From the NCBI GenBank assembly GCA_028345055.1, contig JAOMCO010000006.1, forward strand, positions 232 to 64,231: a stretch of 64,000 nt of DNA, written 5' to 3'. The stretch comes from Candidatus Thioglobus sp. Its GTDB lineage: Bacteria; Pseudomonadota; Gammaproteobacteria; PS1; Pseudothioglobaceae. The notes beneath the pieces were generated by a model, which did not search any database, was not told the origin of the DNA, and saw nothing but the letters and a program-made list of their open reading frames with translations. The translations under genes and the position numbers were made by a program. Below are positions 1 through 8,522 of the stretch, in pieces (position 1 is the stretch's first letter; each line of letters opens with the position of its first letter).

Positions 1-57
1 CGTCACCTGAGAGCTTTGATCAGGGTGGACAATGAGAGTTACTTCATAATGTCTCAT
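1..57 (-). CDS. rpsF: 30S ribosomal protein S6, 5' end only (runs off the window)
   Basis: Minus strand from 57 reads MRHYEVTLIVHPDQSSQVT, matching the gammaproteobacterial S6 N-terminus. SD TAAGGAG lies just upstream. Not in the ORF track. Confidence 0.95.
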   Translation of the reverse strand, partial: MRHYEVTLIVHPDQSSQVT

Positions 58-61
58 CAAT

Positions 62-113
62 ATCTCCTTATGGATTAAAAAAGCTTACCAACAAATGCTG
101 GTCAAGCAAGGAA
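62..113 (-). promoter_or_regulatory. rpsF leader (S6:S18 autoregulatory RNA)
   Basis: Minus strand TTCCTTGC-(hairpin)-AATCCATAAGGAG. CCTT(G) can pair with the SD and a CCR motif sits just before the SD, as in the known S6:S18 leader. Confidence 0.75.
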
Positions 114-201
114 AATGGTATTTTATACTAGTTATTCTTTATTTATTAATTATTTGCTGATCTCATCATATTCATCAGTTCATTAATATAAACTTGATTT
201 A

Positions 202-876
202 ATGAAGACTAAACTTGAAATCTGTGTAGATAGCTTTGATGGAATTGATGCTTGCATTAAAGGCAGCGTAGATCGAATTGAGTTGTGTAGCTCACTTCAA
301 TTTGGAGGCTTAACTCCATCAATAGAGGTTTTAGAGTTTGCATCACAATGCAAAATCCCATTAAGAGCAATGATTCGTCCAAAAAAAGGTGGTTTTTTTT
401 ATACATCTGATGATTTAAAGCAAATGTTAAGTGATATCGATATGGTGCGCTCTTTTGGTATTGAAGGTGTTGTATTTGGAGCAACAAAGCCTAATGGGAT
501 TCTTGATATTGAGTTTCTTGAAGAATTAGTTGCACATTCATTTGGACTTAATAAAACTCTTCATCGTGCAGTAGACACTTTAAATAAAACAGTCGAGTCA
601 GTTGATGTTGGAATACAACTTGGTTTCGATACTATCTTGTCTTCAGGGGGAGAAGATAATGCACTAAAAGGAAAATCAGTCTTATCTGAAATGAAAAAGA
701 AAGCTCTTGGAAGAATTCAAATAATGCCAGGTTGCGGAGTTTCTGCCGCTAATGCAAAACAAATTATTAATTACTGCCATTTTGATTGGATCCATTCATC
801 CTGCTCTATGCACAAAAATGCTGATAGATATACTGATGTTGAGTCTATAAAGAGTCTTAAAAATGCGATTAGTTAG
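202..876 (+). CDS. cutC: Copper homeostasis protein CutC
   Basis: LEICVDS, DRIELC, GGLTPS, MIRP..GGF.Y, HRA.D and IMPGCG motifs. Confidence 0.93.
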   Translation: MKTKLEICVDSFDGIDACIKGSVDRIELCSSLQFGGLTPSIEVLEFASQCKIPLRAMIRPKKGGFFYTSDDLKQMLSDIDMVRSFGIEGVVFGATKPNGILDIEFLEELVAHSFGLNKTLHRAVDTLNKTVESVDVGIQLGFDTILSSGGEDNALKGKSVLSEMKKKALGRIQIMPGCGVSAANAKQIINYCHFDWIHSSCSMHKNADRYTDVESIKSLKNAIS

Positions 877-1531
877 CAAAAGGTACTTAAAGAGTTTGGT
901 CATTCTTTTATTACTCATTTTGACTTTTTATATTTTTCACTTAAATAGCAAAGTTAAGGCTGAATTTTCAAATCCACTAAAACCTCTAAAAAATGTTACT
1001 CAGATTCAGTATTCGCTTAACAATTATCCCAAAGATTTAATTAATATGTTGCTTCTGGTTGAAGATCAATCTTTTTACTCACATTATGGCGTCGACTTAA
1101 AAGAGATTTCCAGAGTCATCTATGGTTATTTGTTTGAGGATAAAGCATTAAGAGGAGCCAGTACTATCTCTCAGCAGCTGATTAAAAACTCTTTATTATC
1201 AAGAGAAAAAACCTTATCCAGAAAATCAGAAGAAGCCCTGATGGCAATTCTTTTGGAGGTGTCTTTTGAGAAAGATTTAATTCTTGAGAGGTATATGAAT
1301 ACGGTATATTTAGCTCAAAAAGGGGATGAAGCTTTCCATGGCTTTGCAAGTGGAAGTCTTTTTTACTTTAATAAAAATGTTGAAGATTTGAGTTTAGAGG
1401 AAATGGCAACCCTTGTTGCTATATTAAAAGGACCTTCATACTATAACCCAGATAACTTTCCTGAGAGACTTAATAAGCGCATCAACATGATTTTGTCGAT
1501 GAATAATAAATACAAGAGAATTATAAATTGA
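863..1531 (+). CDS. Monofunctional peptidoglycan transglycosylase (GT51 domain, no transpeptidase)
   Basis: ED..FY.H.GVD, GASTISQQLIKN, RK..E, K..ILE.YMN.VY motifs and an N-terminal TM helix. Confidence 0.85.
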   Translation: MRLVSKRYLKSLVILLLLILTFYIFHLNSKVKAEFSNPLKPLKNVTQIQYSLNNYPKDLINMLLLVEDQSFYSHYGVDLKEISRVIYGYLFEDKALRGASTISQQLIKNSLLSREKTLSRKSEEALMAILLEVSFEKDLILERYMNTVYLAQKGDEAFHGFASGSLFYFNKNVEDLSLEEMATLVAILKGPSYYNPDNFPERLNKRINMILSMNNKYKRIIN

Positions 1532-2184
1532 ATATATTAGCGATAGATACTTGCACAGAAATAGCATCCGTCACATTGTCAAAGTCTGGAGAGACTTATA
1601 TTAGAGAGTTGTCTGGTATTGATAAAACCTCTGGACATATTTTAAAGCTTTGTGATGAGGTGTTTGAAGAGTCACAATCGCAACTCAGAGAGGTTGATTT
1701 AGTTTCCTACTCTCAGGGTCCTGGCTCATTTACTGGTGTTAGAATGTGTATTGGCGTAGTTCAAGGATTATCTTTGTCAATGGAGATTCCTACCATGGGT
1801 TTTACAACATTAGAACTGGTTGGGTTTGGTGCCTCACAAATTCTAAAATCAAACAAAATAGCTATTGCATTAGATGCCAGAATGGGCGAGGTTTATTGGG
1901 CAACTTTTGTTGATGGATTGGTAGGTAATATGAAAATATGTTGCCCTGAAGAGGCTGATCATTTAGATCCTAGTTTTATTGGGGTTGGAAGTGGCTGGAG
2001 AGCGTACAGTGAAAAATTAAAATTCGCATCGAATATTAGTGACATTGATCTAACAATCAAACCAGAATCGTCAGCACTAATAGAATTATCACTCAGGGCA
2101 ATGAATACTAGTCTAAAGGGAACTTTGGAACTTCCAAAGCCTATCTATTTACGAAACAATGTGGCCAAAAAATCATTAAAATAA
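1528..2184 (+). CDS. tsaB: tRNA t6A biosynthesis protein TsaB
   Basis: ILAIDT, GPGSFTGVR, DARMGEVY and P.YLRN motifs. Confidence 0.95.
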   Translation: MNILAIDTCTEIASVTLSKSGETYIRELSGIDKTSGHILKLCDEVFEESQSQLREVDLVSYSQGPGSFTGVRMCIGVVQGLSLSMEIPTMGFTTLELVGFGASQILKSNKIAIALDARMGEVYWATFVDGLVGNMKICCPEEADHLDPSFIGVGSGWRAYSEKLKFASNISDIDLTIKPESSALIELSLRAMNTSLKGTLELPKPIYLRNNVAKKSLK

Positions 2185-2210
2185 GTCCTTTTTTATCACT
2201 GCATAAATTT

Positions 2211-2948
2211 ATGTGGAAATGGATTCAAAAACAGGCCTCCCCAAAATTTTTTTATCAGACATGTAATAGACTCATCCCATGGTTCTTTTGGCCATTTATT
2301 GCTTTATTTATGGTCGGTTTGTATTGGTCTCTTGTAATCTCTCCCGCTGATTACCAGCAAGGAGATGGATACAGGATAATTTTTATACATGTTCCAAGCG
2401 CTATTCTATCGATGATGGTGTATGCAATTATGGCAATCGCTGGAGGCATTGGCCTTATTTGGCAGATTAAGATGGCTGAGGTAGTTGCAAAAGTTTCAGC
2501 GCCAATTGGAGCTGGATTTACAGTTATTGCTTTGGCGACTGGTGCAATATGGGGTAAACCTATGTGGGGCGCATGGTGGGTCTGGGATGCAAGGCTAACT
2601 TCAGAGTTAATTCTACTATTTTTATATCTCGCTTACATGTCACTAAACAGTGCTTTTGACAATCCTAGAACAGCAGCCAAATCAAGCTCTATATTGGCTA
2701 TTGTTGGCTTAATCAATCTTCCAATTATTCACTACTCTGTAAAATGGTGGAATACTCTTCATCAAGGCTATTCTGTTGGTACTGGAGGCATTAAGGATTC
2801 TGATATGCAGATTGCATTAGCACTAATGTTTTTGGCATCAATTTTACTTTATGCATTGCTTGTTTCAATAAAGGCAAGAACTGAAGTATTAGTTCGTGAG
2901 CAAAATTCTAGATGGGTTAAAGAAGAAGTGGGCAGGTTAATGGTATGA
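2211..2948 (+). CDS. ccmC: Heme exporter protein CcmC
   Basis: WWD domain WGKPMWGAWWVWDARLT, IIFIHVP and WWNTLHQ. Confidence 0.97.
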   Translation: MWKWIQKQASPKFFYQTCNRLIPWFFWPFIALFMVGLYWSLVISPADYQQGDGYRIIFIHVPSAILSMMVYAIMAIAGGIGLIWQIKMAEVVAKVSAPIGAGFTVIALATGAIWGKPMWGAWWVWDARLTSELILLFLYLAYMSLNSAFDNPRTAAKSSSILAIVGLINLPIIHYSVKWWNTLHQGYSVGTGGIKDSDMQIALALMFLASILLYALLVSIKARTEVLVREQNSRWVKEEVGRLMV

Positions 2949-3115
2949 GTATGGTAGATTATTTTTCTTTTCTTCCTTATGGAAAGTATGCATTTTATGT
3001 ATGGCTTGCCTATGGTGTTTCGGCACTAACAATCATTACTCTTTTTTTAAACGCTAGGCGAAATCATGCCTTGACCCTCCAGTCTCTTGCTCACAAGTAT
3101 TCAAGAAATAAATGA
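2945..3115 (+). CDS. ccmD: Heme exporter protein CcmD (56 aa, below the ORF-track cutoff)
   Basis: Translates MSMVDYFSFLPYGKYAFYVWLAYGVSALTIITLFLNARRNHALTLQSLAHKYSRNK. Has the G.YAFYVW.AYG motif and ATGA overlaps with both ccmC and ccmE. Confidence 0.92.
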   Translation: MSMVDYFSFLPYGKYAFYVWLAYGVSALTIITLFLNARRNHALTLQSLAHKYSRNK

Positions 3116-3558
3116 CTAAAAGACAAAACCGAATGATACTGGTTGCACTCCTTGTATCTGGAGTTTTCTTGGCTGGTTACCTGGGAATTAAAGCCTTCAG
3201 TGAGAACCTATTGTATTTCTACACACCCTCAGATATTGTTAATGGAAAGGCCCCAAAGAATAAAAGTTTTAGAGTTGGTGGGCTTGTTGAGAATGACAGC
3301 GTCATAAGAGATGGAATGGTTGTTAGTTTTTCTGTAACTGATAATTCTGAATCAATTGATGTGTTTTATGAGGGTATATTGCCTGATCTTTTTCGGGAGG
3401 GTCAAGGCATTGTAGCGTCTGGCTCTATAGTAAATAAATGCGTCAGATGGACCTGCAAAAATACCTTTAATGCTTCTGAGGTTTTAGCAAAACATGATGA
3501 AAATTATATGCCTCCTGAGGTCGCTGCTGCTCTTGAATCTATAGAGATAAAAGAATGA
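3112..3558 (+). CDS. ccmE: Cytochrome c maturation heme chaperone CcmE
   Basis: FYTPS, RVGGLV, YEGILPDLFREGQG and VLAKHDENYMPPEV (heme-binding His). Confidence 0.97.
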   Translation: MTKRQNRMILVALLVSGVFLAGYLGIKAFSENLLYFYTPSDIVNGKAPKNKSFRVGGLVENDSVIRDGMVVSFSVTDNSESIDVFYEGILPDLFREGQGIVASGSIVNKCVRWTCKNTFNASEVLAKHDENYMPPEVAAALESIEIKE

Positions 3559-4064
3559 AAAAAATAATACCCTTATTAGTATTTTTAGTGATTGGAACTT
3601 TCTTATTTCTGAGCCTCAATTCTAACCCAAATAAGCTACCCTCACCTTTGGTCGGAAAAAAGCTCCCAGCAATTGAAGGGGTTGATTTTTATTCGAATAA
3701 AAATATTAAATTGAATGATTTAATGGGAGATCAATTAGCATTAATCAATGTTTGGGCATCATGGTGCGTTACCTGCAGAAAAGAGCATCAGGTAATTATG
3801 GAAATAGCAAAAAACAACAATCTAAAACTAATTGGGATTAATTACAAAGATTCTAGGAGTGATGGAGAGAAGTATCTTGAGGTAATGGGAAACCCTTTCG
3901 ATGAGATTATTTTTGATCCTCAGGGAAAGATTGGTATGGATCTTGGAGTATATGCTACTCCAGAAACTTTCTTAATTAGCAGCGATGGCTTAATCATTCA
4001 TAAACATATTGGTGAAATAACAAAAGAAGTCTGGATGGAAAATTTTCAAACTTACATTAATTAG
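3555..4064 (+). CDS. ccmG: Thiol:disulfide interchange protein CcmG/DsbE
   Basis: LPSPLVGK, NVWASWCVTCRKEH, GINYKD and GVYATPETF. Confidence 0.93.
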   Translation: MKKIIPLLVFLVIGTFLFLSLNSNPNKLPSPLVGKKLPAIEGVDFYSNKNIKLNDLMGDQLALINVWASWCVTCRKEHQVIMEIAKNNNLKLIGINYKDSRSDGEKYLEVMGNPFDEIIFDPQGKIGMDLGVYATPETFLISSDGLIIHKHIGEITKEVWMENFQTYIN

Positions 4065-4123
4065 ACTATTTTTTTATATTATTTATATTATAAATTTTTT
4101 ATGTATTTAACGCTGAATATGCC

Positions 4124-4151
4124 TTGACAGTAGGGTCTATAAGTGGATAAT
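4124..4151 (+). promoter_or_regulatory. Putative sigma70 promoter of hupB
   Basis: TTGACA (4124-4129), a 16-nt spacer, then GATAAT (4146-4151). Confidence 0.55.
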
Positions 4152-4221
4152 CGATGTAAAATCTATAACATATACTATTAAAATTTTGTACAAATTCTTT
4201 TAAATTTAAGGAGTAAGAATA

Positions 4222-4494
4222 ATGAATAAATCAGATTTAGTTGCAGTAATTGCTGATAACTCAGGACTTTCTAAGGCAGACGCTGCTCGTGCTTTAGAAG
4301 CTACAACTATTGCAATCTCTAGTGCATTAGCAAGTGGTGACTCTGTAGCAATAACAGGTTTTGGAAGTTTTCTTGTAAGAGCGCGTGCTGCACGCACTGG
4401 TCGTAATCCACAAACAGGTGCTGCTATTCAAATTTCAGCATCAAATGCACCTGCATTTAAAGCAGGAAAATTATTGAAGGAATCAGTTAACTAA
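4222..4494 (+). CDS. hupB: DNA-binding protein HU
   Basis: MNKSDL...GFGSF.V..RAARTGRNPQTG..I.I.A...PAFKAGK.LKE.VN. SD AAGGAG. Followed by tRNA-Val and tRNA-Asp, the usual hupB context. Confidence 0.93.
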   Translation: MNKSDLVAVIADNSGLSKADAARALEATTIAISSALASGDSVAITGFGSFLVRARAARTGRNPQTGAAIQISASNAPAFKAGKLLKESVN

Positions 4495-4517
4495 ATAGAT
4501 TTTTGTCAGTATAATAC

Positions 4518-4553
4518 GCCCGATTCCAAGAAAGAATTGGGCATTTTTTTTTT
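4518..4553 (+). terminator. Intrinsic terminator-like hairpin after hupB
   Basis: GCCCGATTC-loop-GAATTGGGC followed by a T10 run. Confidence 0.6.
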
Positions 4554-4629
4554 GGGCGCTTAGCTCAGTTGGGAGAGCATCGCCCTTACAAGGCGAGGGT
4601 CACAAGTTCAAGTCTTGTAGCGCCCACCA
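4554..4629 (+). tRNA. tRNA-Val(TAC)
   Basis: Cloverleaf GGGCGCT...AGCGCCC-ACCA. Anticodon arm TCGCC-CTTACAA-GGCGA. T loop GTTCAAG. Confidence 0.97.
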
Positions 4630-4633
4630 AAAC

Positions 4634-4710
4634 GGAGTGGTAGTTCAGCTGGTTAGAATACCTGCCTGTCACGCAGGGGGTCGCGGGTTCGAATCCCGTC
4701 CACTCCGCCA
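4634..4710 (+). tRNA. tRNA-Asp(GTC)
   Basis: GGAGTGG...CCACTCC-GCCA. Anticodon arm CCTGC-CTGTCAC-GCAGG. T loop GTTCGAAT. Confidence 0.97.
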
Positions 4711-4790
4711 TTTATTTTAATTAGATATTAAAACTTAACTCTATGAAATATAAATAATAGAGTAATCCTAATTTTGCTAAATCCAATTTT

Positions 4791-4813
4791 TAAAGATAAC
4801 TAATTGATATAAT
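4791..4813 (+). repeat. Promoter-containing direct repeat, copy 1
   Basis: TAAAGATAACTAATTGATATAAT contains an extended -10 (TGnTATAAT). It matches 5532-5554 at 22 of 23 positions. Confidence 0.75.
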
Positions 4814-4840
4814 TAATTTAATTTTAACTTTCATAACTCA

Positions 4841-5455
4841 ATGAAAACTTTTTTAAATGTTGGTTGTGGACCAAAGTCTGACTCAAAAATTAGAGGCTTT
4901 GATAATGATGATTGGAAAGAAATTAGGCTAGATATTGATAAGGGTGTAAATCCAGATATAGTTGGAACTCTTACAGATATGAATCTAGTAGAAACTGCAA
5001 GCGTAGACGCTGTTCATTCTGCTTATAACATTGATCATATATATGCTCATCAAGTTCCAATCGCTCTTGGGGAATTCTATAGGGTCCTTAAAGAAGATGG
5101 TATAGTTTTTATAAGATGTCCTGATATTCAGAGTGTATGTGAAGCAGTTCTTCAAGACAAGTTATTAGAGCCTTTTTATGAAACTGAAGATGGTACTAAT
5201 ATTGCTCCAGTAGATATCTTATTTGGAAACAGAGAAGAAATATCTGAAGGTAATGAATATATGACAAAAAAGTGTGGATTCACATATTCAGTATTAAATG
5301 CTGCATTCGCTGAGTCAGGATTTAAAGCTAGATATGGTGGAAGAATAGCTTTTAATGGTGCTGAATTGGCATTAGTTGCATTTAAGAAAAAAAAATCTGA
5401 AGAAGAAATAAAAAAAATTGCTAATCCATTCTTTCCTCCATGGTTTGTATCTTAG
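4841..5455 (+). CDS. Class I SAM-dependent methyltransferase, paralog 1
   Basis: LNVGCG motif I, RLDID, EFYRVLK.DG and CPD. Confidence 0.8.
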   Translation: MKTFLNVGCGPKSDSKIRGFDNDDWKEIRLDIDKGVNPDIVGTLTDMNLVETASVDAVHSAYNIDHIYAHQVPIALGEFYRVLKEDGIVFIRCPDIQSVCEAVLQDKLLEPFYETEDGTNIAPVDILFGNREEISEGNEYMTKKCGFTYSVLNAAFAESGFKARYGGRIAFNGAELALVAFKKKKSEEEIKKIANPFFPPWFVS

Positions 5456-5531
5456 AAGAAGACTGCAGCTATTCTTAGAAAAACTCTTTTTTATATGAGC
5501 TTAGTCTTCAAATCCAATTAAATTCTTTTTC

Positions 5532-5554
5532 TAAAGATTACTAATTGATATAAT
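5532..5554 (+). repeat. Promoter-containing direct repeat, copy 2
   Basis: TAAAGATTACTAATTGATATAAT, about 30 nt upstream of the second methyltransferase. Confidence 0.75.
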
Positions 5555-5583
5555 CATTTTTTATTTCACTCTTCTTCATTAAA

Positions 5584-6174
5584 ATGAAAACTTTGCTTCA
5601 TGTTGGTTGTGGCCCTGAAGATAAATCTGATAATAAAGGTTTTAACAATGATGATTGGAAAGAAGTTAGGTTTGATATTGATGAGAGCGTAAATCCAGAC
5701 ATTATTGGTACATTAACTGATATGAATCTAGTTGAAACAGCTAGCGTAGATGCCATATACTCAGCTTATAATATCGATCATATATATTCCCATGAAGTTC
5801 CAGTCGTTCTTAGAGAATTTTATAGAGTGCTTGGAGATGATGGACTGGTTGTTATTAAATGTCCTGACCTACAAAGGGTTTGTGAGGCTGTTGTACAAGA
5901 TAAGTTACTAGATACGCTCTATGATTCTCCTATAGGCCCTATCTCAGCAATTGATATAATGTATGGAAATAGGAAAGAAATATCAGAAGGTAATGAGTAT
6001 ATGGAAAAAAAAGTTGGGTTCACTTATTCAGTATTAAATGATGCATTTGCTGAAGCAGGATTTAAAACAAGATATGGTGGAAGAAGTCAAGAAGGTTGGG
6101 AATTAACATTAGTTGCCTTTAAACAAAAAAAATCTGAAGAGGAAATAGTTAAAATAGCTAATCCATTCTTTTAA
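5584..6174 (+). CDS. Class I SAM-dependent methyltransferase, paralog 2
   Basis: LHVGCG motif. Aligns end to end with 4841..5455. Confidence 0.8.
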   Translation: MKTLLHVGCGPEDKSDNKGFNNDDWKEVRFDIDESVNPDIIGTLTDMNLVETASVDAIYSAYNIDHIYSHEVPVVLREFYRVLGDDGLVVIKCPDLQRVCEAVVQDKLLDTLYDSPIGPISAIDIMYGNRKEISEGNEYMEKKVGFTYSVLNDAFAEAGFKTRYGGRSQEGWELTLVAFKQKKSEEEIVKIANPFF

Positions 6175-6276
6175 TTTCATAAAAAAATTTATCATTCTTT
6201 TCAGAGTCTTATAGTAGATTGTAAAAAATAAAGTGTTGAAGTACAATGACATTTTTAAATTTGGCTATACTTTAAG

Positions 6277-7266
6277 ATGAAGAAAAATCCAATTACCACT
6301 TCAGTTGATTTTGAGAAAAATGGCATTCAACATGGCTTTCTTAAACTCCCTTATTCTCATGATGATTCTGCTTGGGGATCGATAGTTATTCCCATTACAG
6401 TTGCAAAGAATGGCAATGGTCCAACAATTCTATTTACAGGAGCAAATCATGGAGATGAATATGAAGGGCCAGTTGCATTATTCGATCTAGCCAATAAGAT
6501 TCAAGCAGACAAGATATCTGGGAGAGTTATTATTATTCCTTGTATGAATTATCCAGCTTTTAAAGCTGGAAAGAGAACATCACCAATTGATGATGGAAAT
6601 ATGAATAGAGTTTTTCCTGGAAACCCTGGGGGAACTTTTACCGAAAAAATTGCTGATTACTTTAATCGAACTTTGTTACCACTTGCAGACTTTGTGATAG
6701 ATTTTCATTCAGGTGGTAAGACATTAGATTTCTTGCCTTTTTGCTGTGCACATGTTTTGGAAAATAAAGAGCAGCAAAAAAAATGTGTTGCTGCAATGAA
6801 GGCATTTAATGCACCTCATTCAGTAATGCTATTAGAGATTGATGCAGTTAATATGTATGACACAGCTGCGGAAAATATGGGTAAAGTATTTATAAGCACT
6901 GAGCTTGGTGGGGGTGGTTCGACAACTGCTTACACTGTTGAAATAGCAAAAAAAGGTATTAGAAATATTCTTCGACATTCTGGGATTACTAAGGGCGACT
7001 TAGAGGTTGACGATACTCTTAATCTAGATATACCAGATGATAGCTGTTATATTTTTAGTGAGTCAACAGGATTAGTTGAGCATTGCGTTGATCTTGGAGA
7101 TGAGGTAAAGGCCGGTCAGCTAATTGCAAAAGTTCATAATATTGATAGAACTGGCACTCATCCAGATGAGTATCACGCTAAAATTGACGGTATATTTACT
7201 GGTAAACATTTTCCCGGGCTAGTTGTAAATGGCGATTTTTTGGGCGTTATCGCAGTTCCAGTCTAA
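6277..7266 (+). CDS. doeB: N-alpha-acetyl-diaminobutyrate deacetylase (ectoine catabolism, DoeB/EutE; M14/AstE family)
   Basis: GIQHGFLKLPYSHDDSAWGS, GANHGDEYEGP, GNMNRVFPG, DFHSGGKTLDFLPF and TELGGGG. Confidence 0.9.
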   Translation: MKKNPITTSVDFEKNGIQHGFLKLPYSHDDSAWGSIVIPITVAKNGNGPTILFTGANHGDEYEGPVALFDLANKIQADKISGRVIIIPCMNYPAFKAGKRTSPIDDGNMNRVFPGNPGGTFTEKIADYFNRTLLPLADFVIDFHSGGKTLDFLPFCCAHVLENKEQQKKCVAAMKAFNAPHSVMLLEIDAVNMYDTAAENMGKVFISTELGGGGSTTAYTVEIAKKGIRNILRHSGITKGDLEVDDTLNLDIPDDSCYIFSESTGLVEHCVDLGDEVKAGQLIAKVHNIDRTGTHPDEYHAKIDGIFTGKHFPGLVVNGDFLGVIAVPV

Positions 7267-7279
7267 TTAAGGAGGCTTA

Positions 7280-8311
7280 ATGAACCCATTATTTGCATCT
7301 GATAATGTTACTAGTGCTTGTCCAGAGGTAATGGATGCTTTAATTGAAGCCAACTCTGGCATCGCTGACTCTTATGGAGATGATGAGTGGTCATCAATTC
7401 TTAAAGCAAAATTATCTGAAGTTTTTGAAACTGACTTAGAAGTTTATCTTGCTGTCACTGGAACCGCATCTAATGCCTTAGCGCTCTCAGCATTAGCGCC
7501 AGTCTATGGAAAAATTTACTGTCATGAACTATCTCATATTAATACTGATGAGTGCGGTGCACCAGAGTTATTTACAGGTGGTGCAAAGCTTAACCCTATA
7601 AGAAGTAGTAATGGAAGAATTAGTGCAAGTGAGCTTAGTGAAATTGTTAGAGGCTCAGGTAATGTGCATGTAACTCAGCCTTCAGTAGTAAGTATTACAC
7701 AATCTTGTGAAACAGGTACAGTTTATCAACTCCAAGATATAAGAGAGATTTCAGAAGTTGCCCATGAGCTTAATATGAGTGTTCATATGGATGGAGCTCG
7801 ATTTGCTAATGCATTGGTATCTCTTCATGAAAGCCCGGCAGAGATGACATGGAAGTCAGGAGTCGATGTCCTTACCTTGGGCGGTACAAAAAATGGCTGC
7901 CTTGCCGCAGAAGCAATAATATTTTTTAAGCCTGAAATGGTTGGGGATTTTCCGTTCCTTCACAAAAGATCTGGACAGCTTCTATCTAAAATGCGCTTTA
8001 TCTCTTCTCAGCTTAATGCTTATGTTTCTGATGATGTTTGGATTAGAAATGCAAAGCATGCAAATTCTATGGCAAAGGTCTTAAGTGAAGGATTAAATCA
8101 CTTTTCTAATATTGAATTAGCCTATCCAACAGAATCGAATGAGGTCTTTGTTCATTTGCCTCGTGTGGTTATAGATTATTTGAATAGCTCAGGTTATGAC
8201 GTTAATGAGGAGGAGCTTGATGGTAAAGCAGTTAGGTTTGTAACTGCATGGGATACAAAGTTAGAAGAGATTAATAATCTTCTAGACAAATTAAGGCAAA
8301 AATTTCAATAA
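7280..8311 (+). CDS. ltaE: Low-specificity L-threonine aldolase family (PLP-dependent)
   Basis: FASDN, YGDD, TGTASNALAL, SHINTDECGAPE, HMDGARFANA, GGTKNG (PLP Lys) and SKMRF. Confidence 0.85.
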   Translation: MNPLFASDNVTSACPEVMDALIEANSGIADSYGDDEWSSILKAKLSEVFETDLEVYLAVTGTASNALALSALAPVYGKIYCHELSHINTDECGAPELFTGGAKLNPIRSSNGRISASELSEIVRGSGNVHVTQPSVVSITQSCETGTVYQLQDIREISEVAHELNMSVHMDGARFANALVSLHESPAEMTWKSGVDVLTLGGTKNGCLAAEAIIFFKPEMVGDFPFLHKRSGQLLSKMRFISSQLNAYVSDDVWIRNAKHANSMAKVLSEGLNHFSNIELAYPTESNEVFVHLPRVVIDYLNSSGYDVNEEELDGKAVRFVTAWDTKLEEINNLLDKLRQKFQ

Positions 8312-8373
8312 AATTTAAGCTATAAAACTCCTTTAGTTCAATCAGATAGCCTTGTATAATGCTTTTCAAAGTC

Positions 8374-8503
8374 ATTAGAGAGATTGATGAATAATAGATC
8401 CCTCTAATTGGTTGAATTAATGATGAGTGAAATAATTAACGCTCTACAGGTGTCTCAATTTTTTTATTGAGTGAAATTTAATTAGTTGATGTTAGACGTC
8501 AAC
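8374..8503 (+). ncRNA. Candidate structured leader or sRNA upstream of ppiD
   Basis: TATAAT at 8355-8360, followed by several stems with G-U pairs and mutually exclusive pairings (see findings). No known family recognised. Confidence 0.35.
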
Positions 8504-8522
8504 AATATTGATAAAAATTATT

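Noticed and set aside
8405-8488. Hammerhead ribozyme, or glycine/purine riboswitch, suggested by UGAUGA...GAAA and CUCUACAGG
   Set aside because: The core C of CUGAnGA is absent and there is no valid NUH site or stem I. The glycine (GGAGA, CCGAAG) and purine loop consensus elements are missing. Kept only as an unassigned structured RNA.
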